The notes under the pieces: generated by a model
Told to the model about the DNA's origin: nothing
What the model saw: the letters and a program-made list of their open reading frames with translations, nothing else
Databases searched by the model: none
Shown here: positions 36,995 to 48,366 of the stretch, one piece after another
How the letters are laid out: each line of letters opens with the position of its first letter
How positions within the stretch are numbered: the stretch's first letter is position 1
Position numbers and translations under genes: made by a program
Assembly (NCBI GenBank): GCA_965240325.2
Contig: OZ251246.1
Span: 434,001 to 498,000 of the forward strand
Direction: 5' to 3'
Source of the DNA: Rebecca billardiae RCC1528
Lineage: Eukaryota; Protista; Haptophyta
Length of the DNA: 64,000 nt

Positions 36995-38590
36995 GTGCGC
37001 ACGTCAAGTACTCAACCAAAGCGCGCTTGGCCCGGGCGGGCCGTGGGCCGTGGCGCGGTGAAAGACACCGAGATTCCGAGGTCGCTCATGCCGGCTGACG
37101 CTTCCGCGGCGGTCGGGCTCCTTCGGCGCAAGTCGGGGCGCGGCGACGCGCGTGCGACGTTCCTTCTGGCGCGGCGGGCTCAGGAAGGCGACGGCATCGC
37201 GCAGGACGAGCGCGAAGCCTTTCGCCTGTACACACTCGCCGCCGAGCGCGGCTTTGCCGAGGCGCAGGTGAGGATGGGCGACATCTGCGCGTCAGGCAAG
37301 CTTGGTCAGCCCGTGGACCTCGAGGCGGCCGCGCGCTGGTACCGGCTGGGGGCCGAGCAGGGCTATGCTGGGGCGCAGTGCAGTCTGGGCGCTTGCTACG
37401 CGCGAGGCGTGGGTGTGCCGCAGGATCAGGGCGAAGGAGCGCGCTGGTACCGGCTGGGGGCCGAGCAGGGCTATGCCCAAGCGCAGTTCAATCTGGGCGG
37501 CTGCTACGCGCACGGCAAGGGTGTGCAGCAGGATCAGGGCGAGGCAGTGCGCTGGTACCGGCTGGCCGCCGAGCAGGGCCATGCTGAGGCGCAGCGGCTT
37601 CTGGGCGTGTGCTACGCGCTAGGTACGGGTGTGCCGCAGGACTGGGGCGAGGCAGTGCGCTGGTATCGTCTGGGGGCCGAGCAGGGCTATGCTCAGGCGC
37701 AGGGCAACCTGGCTGGGTGCTACGCGCGAGGTGAGGGTGTGCCGCAGGACTGGGGCGATGCAGTGCGCTGGTGGCGGCTGGCGGCCGAGCAGGGCGTTGC
37801 TCACTCGCAGATCGATCTGGGCATGTGCTATGCGGACGGCCATGGCGTGCAGCAGGACTGGGGCGAGGCAGTGCGCTGGTTCCGGCTGGGGGCCGAGCAG
37901 GGCCATGCTCAGGCGCAGGTCAACCTGGGCTTGTGCTACGCGAAAGGCGAGGGTGTGCAGCAGGACTCGGTCGAGGCGGCGCGCTGGGTCCGACTGGCCG
38001 CCGAGCAGGGCGACGCTGACGCACAAATCAAACTGGGCCAGCGCTACGCGCATGGCGAGGGTGTGCAGCAGGATGGGGAAGAGGCGGCGCGCTGGTACCG
38101 GCTCGCCGCCGAGCAGGGCAACAAGGAAGCGCAGAACCACCTGGGCGTGTGCTACGTGCAAGGCGAGGGCGTGCAGCAGGACTTGGGCGAGGCGGCGCGC
38201 TTGTTTCGCTTGGCTGCTGATGGCGGGTGCGCACCTGCATACATCTCGCTGGGAAGGCTGACGCTGATGGGTGGGGGAGTGGAGCGTGATGTGGAGGAGG
38301 GCGCGCGGCTGGTGCGCCGTGGCCATGAACTCGATCCCAACCAGAGAGGGGATGAAACACGCATTGCGCTGGCTCAGTTCGCTGGTTACCCAGAGGTGGT
38401 CTCCCAGTGCTGCATTGCCTGCGCACACACAGGCCGTGGTCTGAAGAAGTGCGAGCGGTGCCACGTGGCGGTCTTCTGCTCGCGTGAGCACCTGCGCAGC
38501 TCGTGGAGGGTGCACAGGCCCCACTGCCACGCGTGGTGCACTGCTCGGGCAGCAGGTCAAGCGTCTGCCGCCGCTGCGCCCACTGTGTAG
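36995..38590 (+). CDS. Sel1-like repeat protein with a C-terminal MYND zinc finger
   Basis: About ten 36-aa repeats (AQ.NLG.CYA.G.GV.QD.GEA.RWYRLAAEQG) followed by CIAC...CERCHVAVFCSREH...W..HRPHC. Intronless; the start may be the ATG at 37088. Confidence 0.9.
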   Translation: MRTSSTQPKRAWPGRAVGRGAVKDTEIPRSLMPADASAAVGLLRRKSGRGDARATFLLARRAQEGDGIAQDEREAFRLYTLAAERGFAEAQVRMGDICASGKLGQPVDLEAAARWYRLGAEQGYAGAQCSLGACYARGVGVPQDQGEGARWYRLGAEQGYAQAQFNLGGCYAHGKGVQQDQGEAVRWYRLAAEQGHAEAQRLLGVCYALGTGVPQDWGEAVRWYRLGAEQGYAQAQGNLAGCYARGEGVPQDWGDAVRWWRLAAEQGVAHSQIDLGMCYADGHGVQQDWGEAVRWFRLGAEQGHAQAQVNLGLCYAKGEGVQQDSVEAARWVRLAAEQGDADAQIKLGQRYAHGEGVQQDGEEAARWYRLAAEQGNKEAQNHLGVCYVQGEGVQQDLGEAARLFRLAADGGCAPAYISLGRLTLMGGGVERDVEEGARLVRRGHELDPNQRGDETRIALAQFAGYPEVVSQCCIACAHTGRGLKKCERCHVAVFCSREHLRSSWRVHRPHCHAWCTARAAGQASAAAAPTV

Positions 38591-38711
38591 TCGGCCACCA
38601 GCCGCCGAAGGGCTGATCGGGCAATGCTGCAGACGGCTGCTCACAGCAGTGCTCATCGTCGAGTTGTCGCCGGCGCCCGGCTAAGCACCTGCTGCGGCGC
38701 GGAGCACCGGC

Positions 38712-40429
38712 TAGGGGGGCCAAAGTGGCACTGTGACGTGACTGACGGCTACGAGCGCTGGTCCTAGCGAGTGTTTAGCGCTGAATTGGGGCTGGATCAT
38801 ATGCCCTCTGGAGGGGTCTGGGCCAGCCAAGTAAAAAAAGCAGGTGCACATACCCTGAATATAGGGCGTAACGGCTAGCATATTTACTTATTAGAATGAG
38901 CCTGAACTTATTGGAAACGGCATGTAACGGCTGTCTTATATGTGACATATAGACCATGTCGACTTCACTTTGATAGAGCATCTCGGCGAGATCGTTCTGA
39001 GTCCCCAGCAGCAGCAGGTCCCAACATGCGATATAAGCTGTGTACTGGCAGGCTGTCAAACACGTAGTTTCCCGGAAGCCACTGGTCGTTACATACCCAC
39101 CGTGTATATAGACGCCATGCTGATGAATACAGTCTCGTCTGATCTCGAGCCGCGAGATACGTTTTCAGACTGTGTATACGGCCACGCGTACGGCGTATTG
39201 CAGACATAGTAGACCCAAAGCACCGGCCCCATGTCCTCAGCCCGGGAGTACTCTCGGTCATAATCAAGGTTTAAAGTCACTCGAGCCAACCGTCACCGCT
39301 CCATGGCCGAGACCTACGAGGCAGGTCAAATCTGTCGTCATCGCAGTGCGGCACAGTGCCGAGCATGCGATTCGGCAGCAAACGCCTGCTCCAGGTGGTG
39401 GCTGGCGTCTCTGCACCAAACCAGGCCGGATGGGATCGGTCCATATATGTACGCCCTACCCTGTTCCGCGCTATTTCTGGGCGTTGGGGCGGATATTCGG
39501 CCTACAGAGGCTGATCCGGCGCTGTTCGGCGCTCCTGGCTGGCTGCGCGGAGCCCAATGGCAAGCGCCGGCGTGTGCAAGGTGTCAAGATTGAGACGATC
39601 TCTGACGCTCCCGCCGGTCTTGGGCGCACCACGTGCATGGAGGCCCATCTGCGTCTGCTTCTGCAGGCATGCGCGTCACAGGGGCGCGCTTGTAGGCACG
39701 GTCGAGTGCACGTCGGAGGCCTGTCGAATGAGCCAACCGCTGCCTGCGAGCACGTCCGCAACGTCCTGAGAGGCGAATGGGAGGCGCCCCGACGCCATCT
39801 GGGGGCACGCATGACCCATACCCAACGTGCTGACCATCGCCAGTGCCACGGCAGGTGCAAACACGGGCCCTACGAGCGGAACATGACAGTTGCGGGCTCC
39901 GCGGAGGTGTTGCGCGCGAGCTCGCGCAGGTCTGCTGACGGCGATTCCGGCGCAGCAGGGCAGGTTAGGCGAGCTGGGCATCCACGGATACACATGAACA
40001 CTCGGGGCGAGCATCGATCTCCCCGGGGCGAGTTGATCTTGAGCCACAAGGAGCGGTAGCGTGACGGGCGTACGCAGCGCACCAATTCAAGCCGGCCGAC
40101 GCGCGCCGCGCACGGCGCGAGGTGGCCAAGAACCGGGTGGTGAGCCGCTGGTGGCGCAAAGACAAGGGTCAGAAGCGCCCACCAGCGTCACGCGCGCGCG
40201 CTCCCGAGACCATATCGGCGTCTCATGGGACGCGAGCGCGCGGCGGTCCACTGCCTCCGGCCGCTCGTGCTCGAGCGGAACCGAGCTCTGAGCGCCCGAA
40301 CGCGTCGGAGCTCGATTTTCGAGCGGGGTCCGAGAAAAAGGCTCCGCGCCACCCTAAAAGGCCGAGGGAGGAGCGAAAATGCGCCGCGGCTTTGATTTTC
40401 TTTTTTTAATGAGCGGTTTGGCCCCCCTA
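38712..40429. mobile_element. Non-autonomous TIR DNA transposon (1718 bp) with 7-bp TSD CACCGGC
   Basis: 13-bp TIR TAGGGGGGCCAAA / TTTGGCCCCCCTA. CACCGGC at 38705-38711 and 40430-40436. No recognisable transposase inside. Confidence 0.85.
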
Positions 40430-40535
40430 CACCGGCCCACTCGCGGAGCACCGCAGTCCGAGTCGTGTCACAAGGTACTTAGTTATGTCATCTGTCGGTA
40501 TTGTCATCATGCACATGCATTGTAATATACTGATA

Positions 40536-41174
<639 letters not shown>

Positions 41175-41790
41175 CTATCACTAATAATAATATATGTATT
41201 TAAATTCAGATGACGATTACAATCGTCATAACGTTATATGCAGTTATATTGACATCACTATTACCTAACTGCTACGTCGGTATATCCGCGCGGCGTTTCG
41301 TAACTGCTGCTGGCTGCTGATGAAAGGCTCATATATCGTCAGTTCGTTATGAAATAGCTAGTATAGATGCGCGCGCGCTGCTCTGAGACAGCCGTGAGCG
41401 GATGGGATGACGACGACTCAGCAGATGACATAATGCGCACGCTTATTTGATGATGCTGGGCATGATGGTCATGGACGATGGGGCATGGGGTGACTACTGG
41501 CATGCTGTACGTACTCGTGCACGGCCGGCAACCGGCATGCTGCGCTGCGCGATGATGATCGATGATGACGATCATGATCATGATCGAGACGATACTGCTG
41601 AATGACGACGACGATGATACGCTCGTCGATGGCGCCCGGCAGCAGGATGGCATCGCGTGGTGGTCGTCCTCCTGGTGCTGACCGCAGGGGAGGATGCCGA
41701 CGCGCGCGCTCCAAGCGCTGCGCCACGTCGCCTCCACTGATGCAAGACGGTGACAAAGATGATGAGAGTGCCTGCCGACATCGTCATCAG

Positions 41791-44259
41791 CTAGTAGTGC
41801 GAGAGCATATGGCCGCGCAGGGCGACAAGGGCTTGGTCGCTCATCTGGTCGAGGTCCACGCCGCCCTCCTCGATTGCGCGCATGCGCAGCAGCACACGCA
41901 GCGTGCTGATGAGGTCGGTACGCGTGAAGGCGGGCGGGGCCAGAGGCGTCGCGATGGCGCGGGGCGTGGCCACGCAGGGCGTGGCCACGCAAGCGTGTGT
42001 GGGCGGCAGGGTCAAGGGTGAGGGCGAGGCCGGGCATGCCGCCGGTACCAGAGCATGGCAGCCCGGTCTGGGCGGCGGTGCGACGGGGCAGCCGGCGAGA
42101 GGGGCGAAAGCCGGCGGTGTCGTCCCCACGCCGCCATCATCGCCCATCGCCTCGTCGACCGCCTGTGCAGGCACGTGTGTCGCGTGTCCCGCCGGTGCGG
42201 CGTCGGACGGCGAGACAGTGCCAGAGGTGCGCTCGGCATCTGCGGCGACAGGCGTCCAGCTGTGGCCCTGCAAGCGCAGCCGGGCTCGCTTGGTCGGCGG
42301 TGGCAGAGTGTCGTCACCATCGCCGCGTGCCGGCGCATCGCCATCGTCCTCGGTCGGCGTCGTCGAGCGCTGGTGCTTCGGCGCTGGCGAGCACGCCAGC
42401 TCGCTCGGCGGGCTCGGCGCGCGCGGCGGCTCCGATGACTTGGTGGTGGCGGCGCGCTGCGGGGCCGAGCCGTGCTGCGCGGTAGTCGCGGCCGTGGTGG
42501 GCTCGGAGACAAGGCCATCGGGGCTATCCGCGCAGCCCGGCTCGCCGGCGGGCGCGTACATTGGCTCGGGCGCAGAGCTCTCATGCAGAGCGCGCTCGAG
42601 CGTCGCGGCAGCGCTCGTTGGCACTCGCGCTGCGCGACGTCCCGTCGGCGCCGCGCTCGACGGCAGCGGCAGCGGCAGCGGCAGCGGCGCGCCAGCGAAG
42701 TCCTCGAGGTCGACCCGCGCGACGCGCTTCGTAAACTTCGTGTTCTTGCCCCACATGCCGCAGGCGATCATGTGGCTCTCGATTACGTCGGCCACCTTCT
42801 CCTTGGCCGCGAGCGCCGACAGCATGAGCGCCACCGAACGCGCGCTCGGTGCGTACGCCTCAGAAGGGATGCTCTCCCGGATATTCACCGAGATGTTGGG
42901 GTAGTTGAGCGGCGCGGCGTTGTGCCGGATGCGCGCCCATAGGTCGACGGCGATCCCCGCGTCCGACCGGCGCTCAAAGTCGCCGAGCCACTCGCGCTTG
43001 GAGCACTGGTCCGGCCGCAGACACGCCGGCGCCGACGCGCGCCAACGGTGTTGCTTGCCGTTGGCCTTGTGCGACGCCGCACGCTGCCTGGCGCGGCTCG
43101 CCTTGGCAGCGGTCGGTGGCGGTGCGCTCGCGCCGAGCGCAGAAAGCGGCAAGACCCTCTCCACGCCGACCATCTTCGTGTCCGCGTTCAGGCCGCCGAG
43201 CAGCCCGATCAGCTTTGCGCGCATGTCGAACGTGCTCCCGTGCCGCGTCGCCCTCACGAATGGCGCGGGCGCCGGCGGTGGCAGCGGCTCGGCCGCGCTG
43301 ATGGGAACGAGGGCTGGGCCCGACACGCCCGGCGGCGGCGGCTGCGAGCGGAGCTCGGGGCTCGCGCCGGGCGCCGGCGGGCATGGGAGCTCCGCCGCCC
43401 CGAGCCCGGCCTCCTCCTCGTCCTCCGTGTCGCTCGACGACGACGAGTCGAGCTCGAAGATGGCGGTGCCATCGTCGCGCCGCTCCTGCTTGCGCGCGAC
43501 GCGCGCGCATGCATGCGCGGCCGCGGCCGCGGAGTTGAACGCGCCGAGCTGAAGCACCATCATGCCTTCGCGTGAAACGTACTCGGCGATGAAGTGAGTG
43601 CCGTCGAAGCGCACGCCGGGCGGCAGCCCACGCGCAGCGCTGCGCAGGTTGGACGGCCGTCCCACCTGCGGGCGCCGCGCAGGGTGGAGGCTGCCGGCGC
43701 GGCGCACAGAGGCCGCGACAGCTGCCGAGGGCTTGCCGCGCGACGTCGGCTGCGGCTGCTGCCTCTTCTGCGCCGTGTCCGGCGAGCTCGCCTTGGCGGC
43801 GGCGGCCGGGTTGCTGCGCGCCGGTGCGGTGCTGCGGACGAGTAGGTTCTCCTGGAGCACGCGGCTGTCCCGCTCCTCGCCCTCGTCCGCCTCGTCGCAC
43901 TCGGTCTCGCAGTCGTCGTCATCGTCGCCGTCGTGATGGTCGCGCGCGAAAGCTGTGGTCAGAGCCGGCGCCGTTATGCGCGCGGCGGGCGACGCGGAGG
44001 CGGCGGCGGGCCGCGCGTTGGCGTGCGCATGGTCGCCGCCCGGCGCGGACTGGCGCCCGCCGTCCGCCTCTGCGGGGAAGGGCTGGTGCGTCGCGCGAAC
44101 GAGGTCGAGGAGTGGCGGCGCGTCGTCAATCGGCGCGCCTGCTGGTTCGGGAGAGCTGGCCTCGTCGTGATGACCGGGGAGAGCGGCGTGGTCTTCACCG
44201 CCCTCCTCCGTCGTCCACGGCACCGAGGACTGCGTGCTGGTCGTGCGCTGGAGCGGCAT
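41791..44259 (-). CDS. Intronless protein with two AP2/ERF-like DNA-binding domains
   Basis: Domain 1: GVRFDGTHFIAEY...LQLGAFNSAAAAAHA. Domain 2: GVERV...RWRA...EWLGDFERRSDAGIAVD...PLNYP. NLS-like PPTKRARLR. Confidence 0.65.
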   Translation of the reverse strand: MPLQRTTSTQSSVPWTTEEGGEDHAALPGHHDEASSPEPAGAPIDDAPPLLDLVRATHQPFPAEADGGRQSAPGGDHAHANARPAAASASPAARITAPALTTAFARDHHDGDDDDDCETECDEADEGEERDSRVLQENLLVRSTAPARSNPAAAAKASSPDTAQKRQQPQPTSRGKPSAAVAASVRRAGSLHPARRPQVGRPSNLRSAARGLPPGVRFDGTHFIAEYVSREGMMVLQLGAFNSAAAAAHACARVARKQERRDDGTAIFELDSSSSSDTEDEEEAGLGAAELPCPPAPGASPELRSQPPPPGVSGPALVPISAAEPLPPPAPAPFVRATRHGSTFDMRAKLIGLLGGLNADTKMVGVERVLPLSALGASAPPPTAAKASRARQRAASHKANGKQHRWRASAPACLRPDQCSKREWLGDFERRSDAGIAVDLWARIRHNAAPLNYPNISVNIRESIPSEAYAPSARSVALMLSALAAKEKVADVIESHMIACGMWGKNTKFTKRVARVDLEDFAGAPLPLPLPLPSSAAPTGRRAARVPTSAAATLERALHESSAPEPMYAPAGEPGCADSPDGLVSEPTTAATTAQHGSAPQRAATTKSSEPPRAPSPPSELACSPAPKHQRSTTPTEDDGDAPARGDGDDTLPPPTKRARLRLQGHSWTPVAADAERTSGTVSPSDAAPAGHATHVPAQAVDEAMGDDGGVGTTPPAFAPLAGCPVAPPPRPGCHALVPAACPASPSPLTLPPTHACVATPCVATPRAIATPLAPPAFTRTDLISTLRVLLRMRAIEEGGVDLDQMSDQALVALRGHMLSHY

Positions 44260-46835
44260 CTTCTCGCGGCGGAGGGCCCAATCAGTGCGTCCGCGGTGGA
44301 GCTCGGGGCTTCGCGCGAGCGCCGAGTGAGCGCGCTCGCACTCAAGTCGTGCACTGGCTCCGAAGGATCCCAATCAGATCTTCATAGCGACCTCAACCAC
44401 GAATACCTCTTTCCCTGTCTCATCAGGGGCATCACGGCACGATTCTGAAGGATGCCTCTTCAGCTGGGTTGGCGGCGGATAAGTACGCGATTCTCAGTTT
44501 CCACCGGTGGAAGAGTTATTTACGGGAATCGTGGCTACATTTTCGCGCGCGCGCGAAGAACTCGGCGTTTGGCGCGAATCGCTTTCGCGTCGTCGGCCTG
44601 GCCAGTTGCAATCACTTTGCACTCTCGACGATGGTGGCAGTTGATTATTCGTCCAATGATGATCGCACAAGATGGGTATTTCACTATTTCCACGTCAAAC
44701 AGCGAATGTATCAGCAAAGCAAATTGGCATCGCCCAAATGTCGCCCGTAGTTAATCGTGCATATGCACTGCCGGACTGGTTAATGCGCGGGTAGTCCCGA
44801 TCATGCATCAAGTCGTACTGATAGATGCTGCACAGCCGGATCCCGAGCTAACGCTAAAGATCGCTGAGGGCCTTCATGAAAGGTTGTGCCCCCGCAGCGA
44901 CCGCCCGGCCAATAGCCGCTTGACATAGCAATGAGCGCCACGCCACGCGCCGCTGTCGCCGTCGGGCCTGGGCGTCGCTAGAGAGGCCCTTAGCATCGCC
45001 CCATATACCCACGATCCAGCCGAGTAGCCCTCTCACGCCTCTAAGACTCTACTGTAAGCAACGCCGTGAGCAACGCGGCAGCCATCGGATGCTGACCGTC
45101 CTCACGTGCACGCTACAAGATAGAAATGAGAGCAGCTACAGGACGCATCAGCCGCTCGGCTCTTCTCTACCAGGGCCCAAGCGCAGCGCGTTGCTACTCC
45201 AGCGGCGTCAGCACGCACACACACTTATTTCGGGCGTGCAACGAGCAGCACGTGCAAGCTGTCGCGTTTTACTGCCGCGTGCAGACCGCGCGTCGAGGAC
45301 AAAAGTGGCAGAGACGACGGATGATAGCATGCCGAAGCGGCGCATGCCCTTCCAATCGGTGTCTACTTGCCCGGCGTCCACCACGACGGACGATCCGGCG
45401 ATGACGCCGGGACTCTGAGCGCTCACAGTAGGCGAGGTGCGCTGGGGCGACGACGAGGACGATCTCTTCTAGACAGTAGTCGTCAGATGCTCATGCTGAC
45501 GACTGCTATAAGAGTTTGGAAGCCAGCCTCGTCGTCACCGCTCAGGCGGCTCAGCAACGTCGTCAGTGCAGGCCAGAACAGAGAGTCGACTCGGCTGCTT
45601 GATTTGACTCGGAGGCACTGAGTCTGACTGAGTGTAGTCACGACTCACACGACTTAGTCAAGCGCCGCGGAGGTCGTCATCACTGAGATCATCGTCAATG
45701 AATTCGTTGGCACAGCTAGAAGTCGTCGGCATCCGTCCGCCGTCGGATCTTCGGAATTCGCGCCGCCAGCAGCCTGCCACATCCTGCTCATCAATCATCA
45801 TGCTGGATCAGGCGAACACGTACGTATTTCACTGTTGATAGAATGATCGATGATGCTAAGTTGATGATGAATAAACGCTTAGATGACAGATATTATGAGA
45901 CCATACATGCGCTGCCGCTTGGCTTGGAGCTCCCGCGGCAGCCATGCCGACCACTCACCACCGAGCAAGCGCCCCTAAGACATCAGCTTCAGAGAGCCGA
46001 ACGGACGCCCCTATTTCGACGCGTGGCATACGACACAACCCGCCGTTGCTGAACACGGCTGCATGCACCCACCCGCCGCCTTCGGGCCTGCCTTGACCTA
46101 GCACGGCAGGTCGAGGGGCTCGTCGAGGCGCGTCGGTGATTTCGGTCGACGCCCAGCGGCAGCGCCCCGTGCGAGCGGCAGTCAGCTACTAGATAGTGAC
46201 CTAGTAGTAGTGCCTGCGCATGACAGTAGAACTCACTGAGCTCATCGCCATCGGTCCTCGACACAGTCAAGCCAGCCGCCCGACTACCGGGTACGATCGA
46301 CACCTCCGCGCAGCCGGGATGCCAGTAAGCACTCCGCCCTGCCACTCACTCATCCGAGAGTACTTGGCTCGTCGATCTGAGAGCAGTCGTCGTCGACTGG
46401 CGACTCACTACCGTACCGCTACGGCCGATGACCGCACCGCGTCACACGTCTTCGATGCCGCCAGCACTCAGCAGAGTCAGCCAGTCAGTGAGTACTGAGT
46501 CGTCTGAGAATCATCAGTCATCATCACGATCAGCAGCAGCTGACTCGGCAGCTGTCGTCGTCGCGACTACAGTATACTTAGGCGGCCGCGCTTGCCACCG
46601 CGCTTGCCAGCCGCAAGCTTCAGCAGGCGCCGTGCGCTGCCACTCCTCTATGACGATGACATCGCACGCGACTGTACGCGGCTGCGATTAATATGATGTA
46701 CCTGCTTCGTAGTTCGTCTCGGACTCTCGGATGATATCTAGTATCTACTGGCGACGACGACTGGCTCCAGTCTCCTGTTTCGCTCTTACTCTCTCGATCC
46801 GCGTCGTCTCTCTCTCCCGTCTCTCTCAGCGATGG

Positions 46836-46837
<2 letters not shown>

Positions 46838-46894
<57 letters not shown>

Positions 46895-46968
46895 CTAGCT
46901 CTCTCTCTCTACACACACACACACACACACACACTACACACACGGCGAGCTATATATATATATATATA
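46838..46968. repeat. (CT)n-(CA)n-(TA)n microsatellites just downstream of the HNH gene stop
   Basis: Directly visible dinucleotide runs. Confidence 0.9.
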
Positions 46969-46979
46969 CCCCCATACTG

Positions 46980-48108
46980 CTAAAAGAAGTCGTGCCACGA
47001 CTCGTGCATGCGCTTCGGCGGGTAGTGCTTGGATCTCGCGTGCAGCTCGGCCCAGCGAGGCACGCGCGGCGCCTTCTTCAGCTTCATCCTGCCCCTGAGC
47101 TCGGTGAGCAGCTTCGAGCCCTTGTAGTTGTTGCACGCGGAGCACGCCGTGACCGTGTTCGTCCAGCTGGTCTCCCCGCCCAGCTTCCGCGGGTGCACGT
47201 GGTCGTACGTGAGCTCCCTCGCCGCGAGGGTCACACCGCAATACTGGCACGAGAAGTCGTCGCGCATGAACAGGTTGCGCCGCGTGAGCGCCGGCTCCTT
47301 CTGCGCGTAGGCCTGCGAGAACTTCTTCAGCACGATCACGGAGGGCAGGAGGATCTCGGTCGACGGGCTGCGCGGCGGGCGGGCGGGCGAGCCGGGGCGG
47401 GCAGCACCAGGGGGTGAGGTGGAACGTGTGTGTTCGCGCGCGCGCGCGCGCAGCATATTGGCTGGCGCACGCGGGCAGCCTAAGCGGCGCGTCGGCTGTA
47501 AACGCACCTCTTTACGGTTCGATCGTACGTTGCGACCACATTCACAGTGTCCCTGCACACCGCCCTGCGCGTGGGGTGTGCACGCCGCGCGCTGCACCGG
47601 TGAGCATGCTAGCGGGAGTGGCGCGCGCGCGCGCACATGCGCGTGGCGGCGCGGCGCACCGGATGGAGTCCTGCCAGCTCCAGAGCGAGAGTGGCAGGTA
47701 CGACAGCGGCTGGTAGTCTGCGTTCAGCACCAGCGCGGGGTAGCTCCCGCCGCTGATCGGGCGCGCATGCTCTCCGTTGCGGCCGCCACCCATGCTCGCC
47801 TCGGTGCTGGCGTCGAGCTTCACGTCCGCTTCCAGCTGCGAGCGTTGGAGCTGGCGGAGCGCGAGCTTTTGGTGCGTGCCACGCGAGCGCGGCAGTCTCG
47901 GCACCTTCTGCTTCTTACGCAGCGGCTGGCCTGCGGACCCGCTGGAGCCGCGTGCACCCTTGGGCGCTTGCTTCATGCACGCGCTCGCGCGCGCAGGCAC
48001 CGCTTGCCTGAGCGGCACGGTGCGGGCGAGCGCGTGGGTGGCCATGGCGGCGGCACACGGCCATGCTGCGCACGAGAGGGCGACGGCGAGCACGGCTCGT
48101 CGGCTCAT
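46980..48108 (-). CDS. HNH endonuclease (bacterial McrA-like family) with a bipartite-like targeting leader; introns 47565-47659 and 47368-47507
   Basis: Spliced product: PALVLNADYQPLSYLPLSLWSWQDSIRAV...SPSTEILLPSVI...TRRNLFMRDDFSCQYCG...LTYDHVHPRKLGG.TSWTNTVTACSACNNYKG. Leader MSRRAVLAVALSCAAWPCAAA followed by a basic segment. Confidence 0.9.
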
Positions 48109-48366
48109 CGCAGGCTGCTCGCGCAAGCGGCGCTTCCGGCGGGCGGACACCGGTCCAATGCCGACGGCTGCCCGCTGCAGTCCGCCACCGTTCAGGGCTC
48201 GGGCGTGAACGAATCTGGACGAATCTTGTGAGAGCCTGATCAAGAAGGCCCACCCGCACGCACGGCACTGCCCAGGCCGGGTTCCTCACCAAGCTGAAAG
48301 CGCGGCGGGCGCGCGCTCGGGCAGCGTGCTTGAGCTTTCCGGCAGGCATCATCTCCCAGCCACACG

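Noticed and set aside
44400-46700. Possible genes or elements in a lower-GC interval
   Set aside because: Only short ORFs without motifs; no terminal repeats found.
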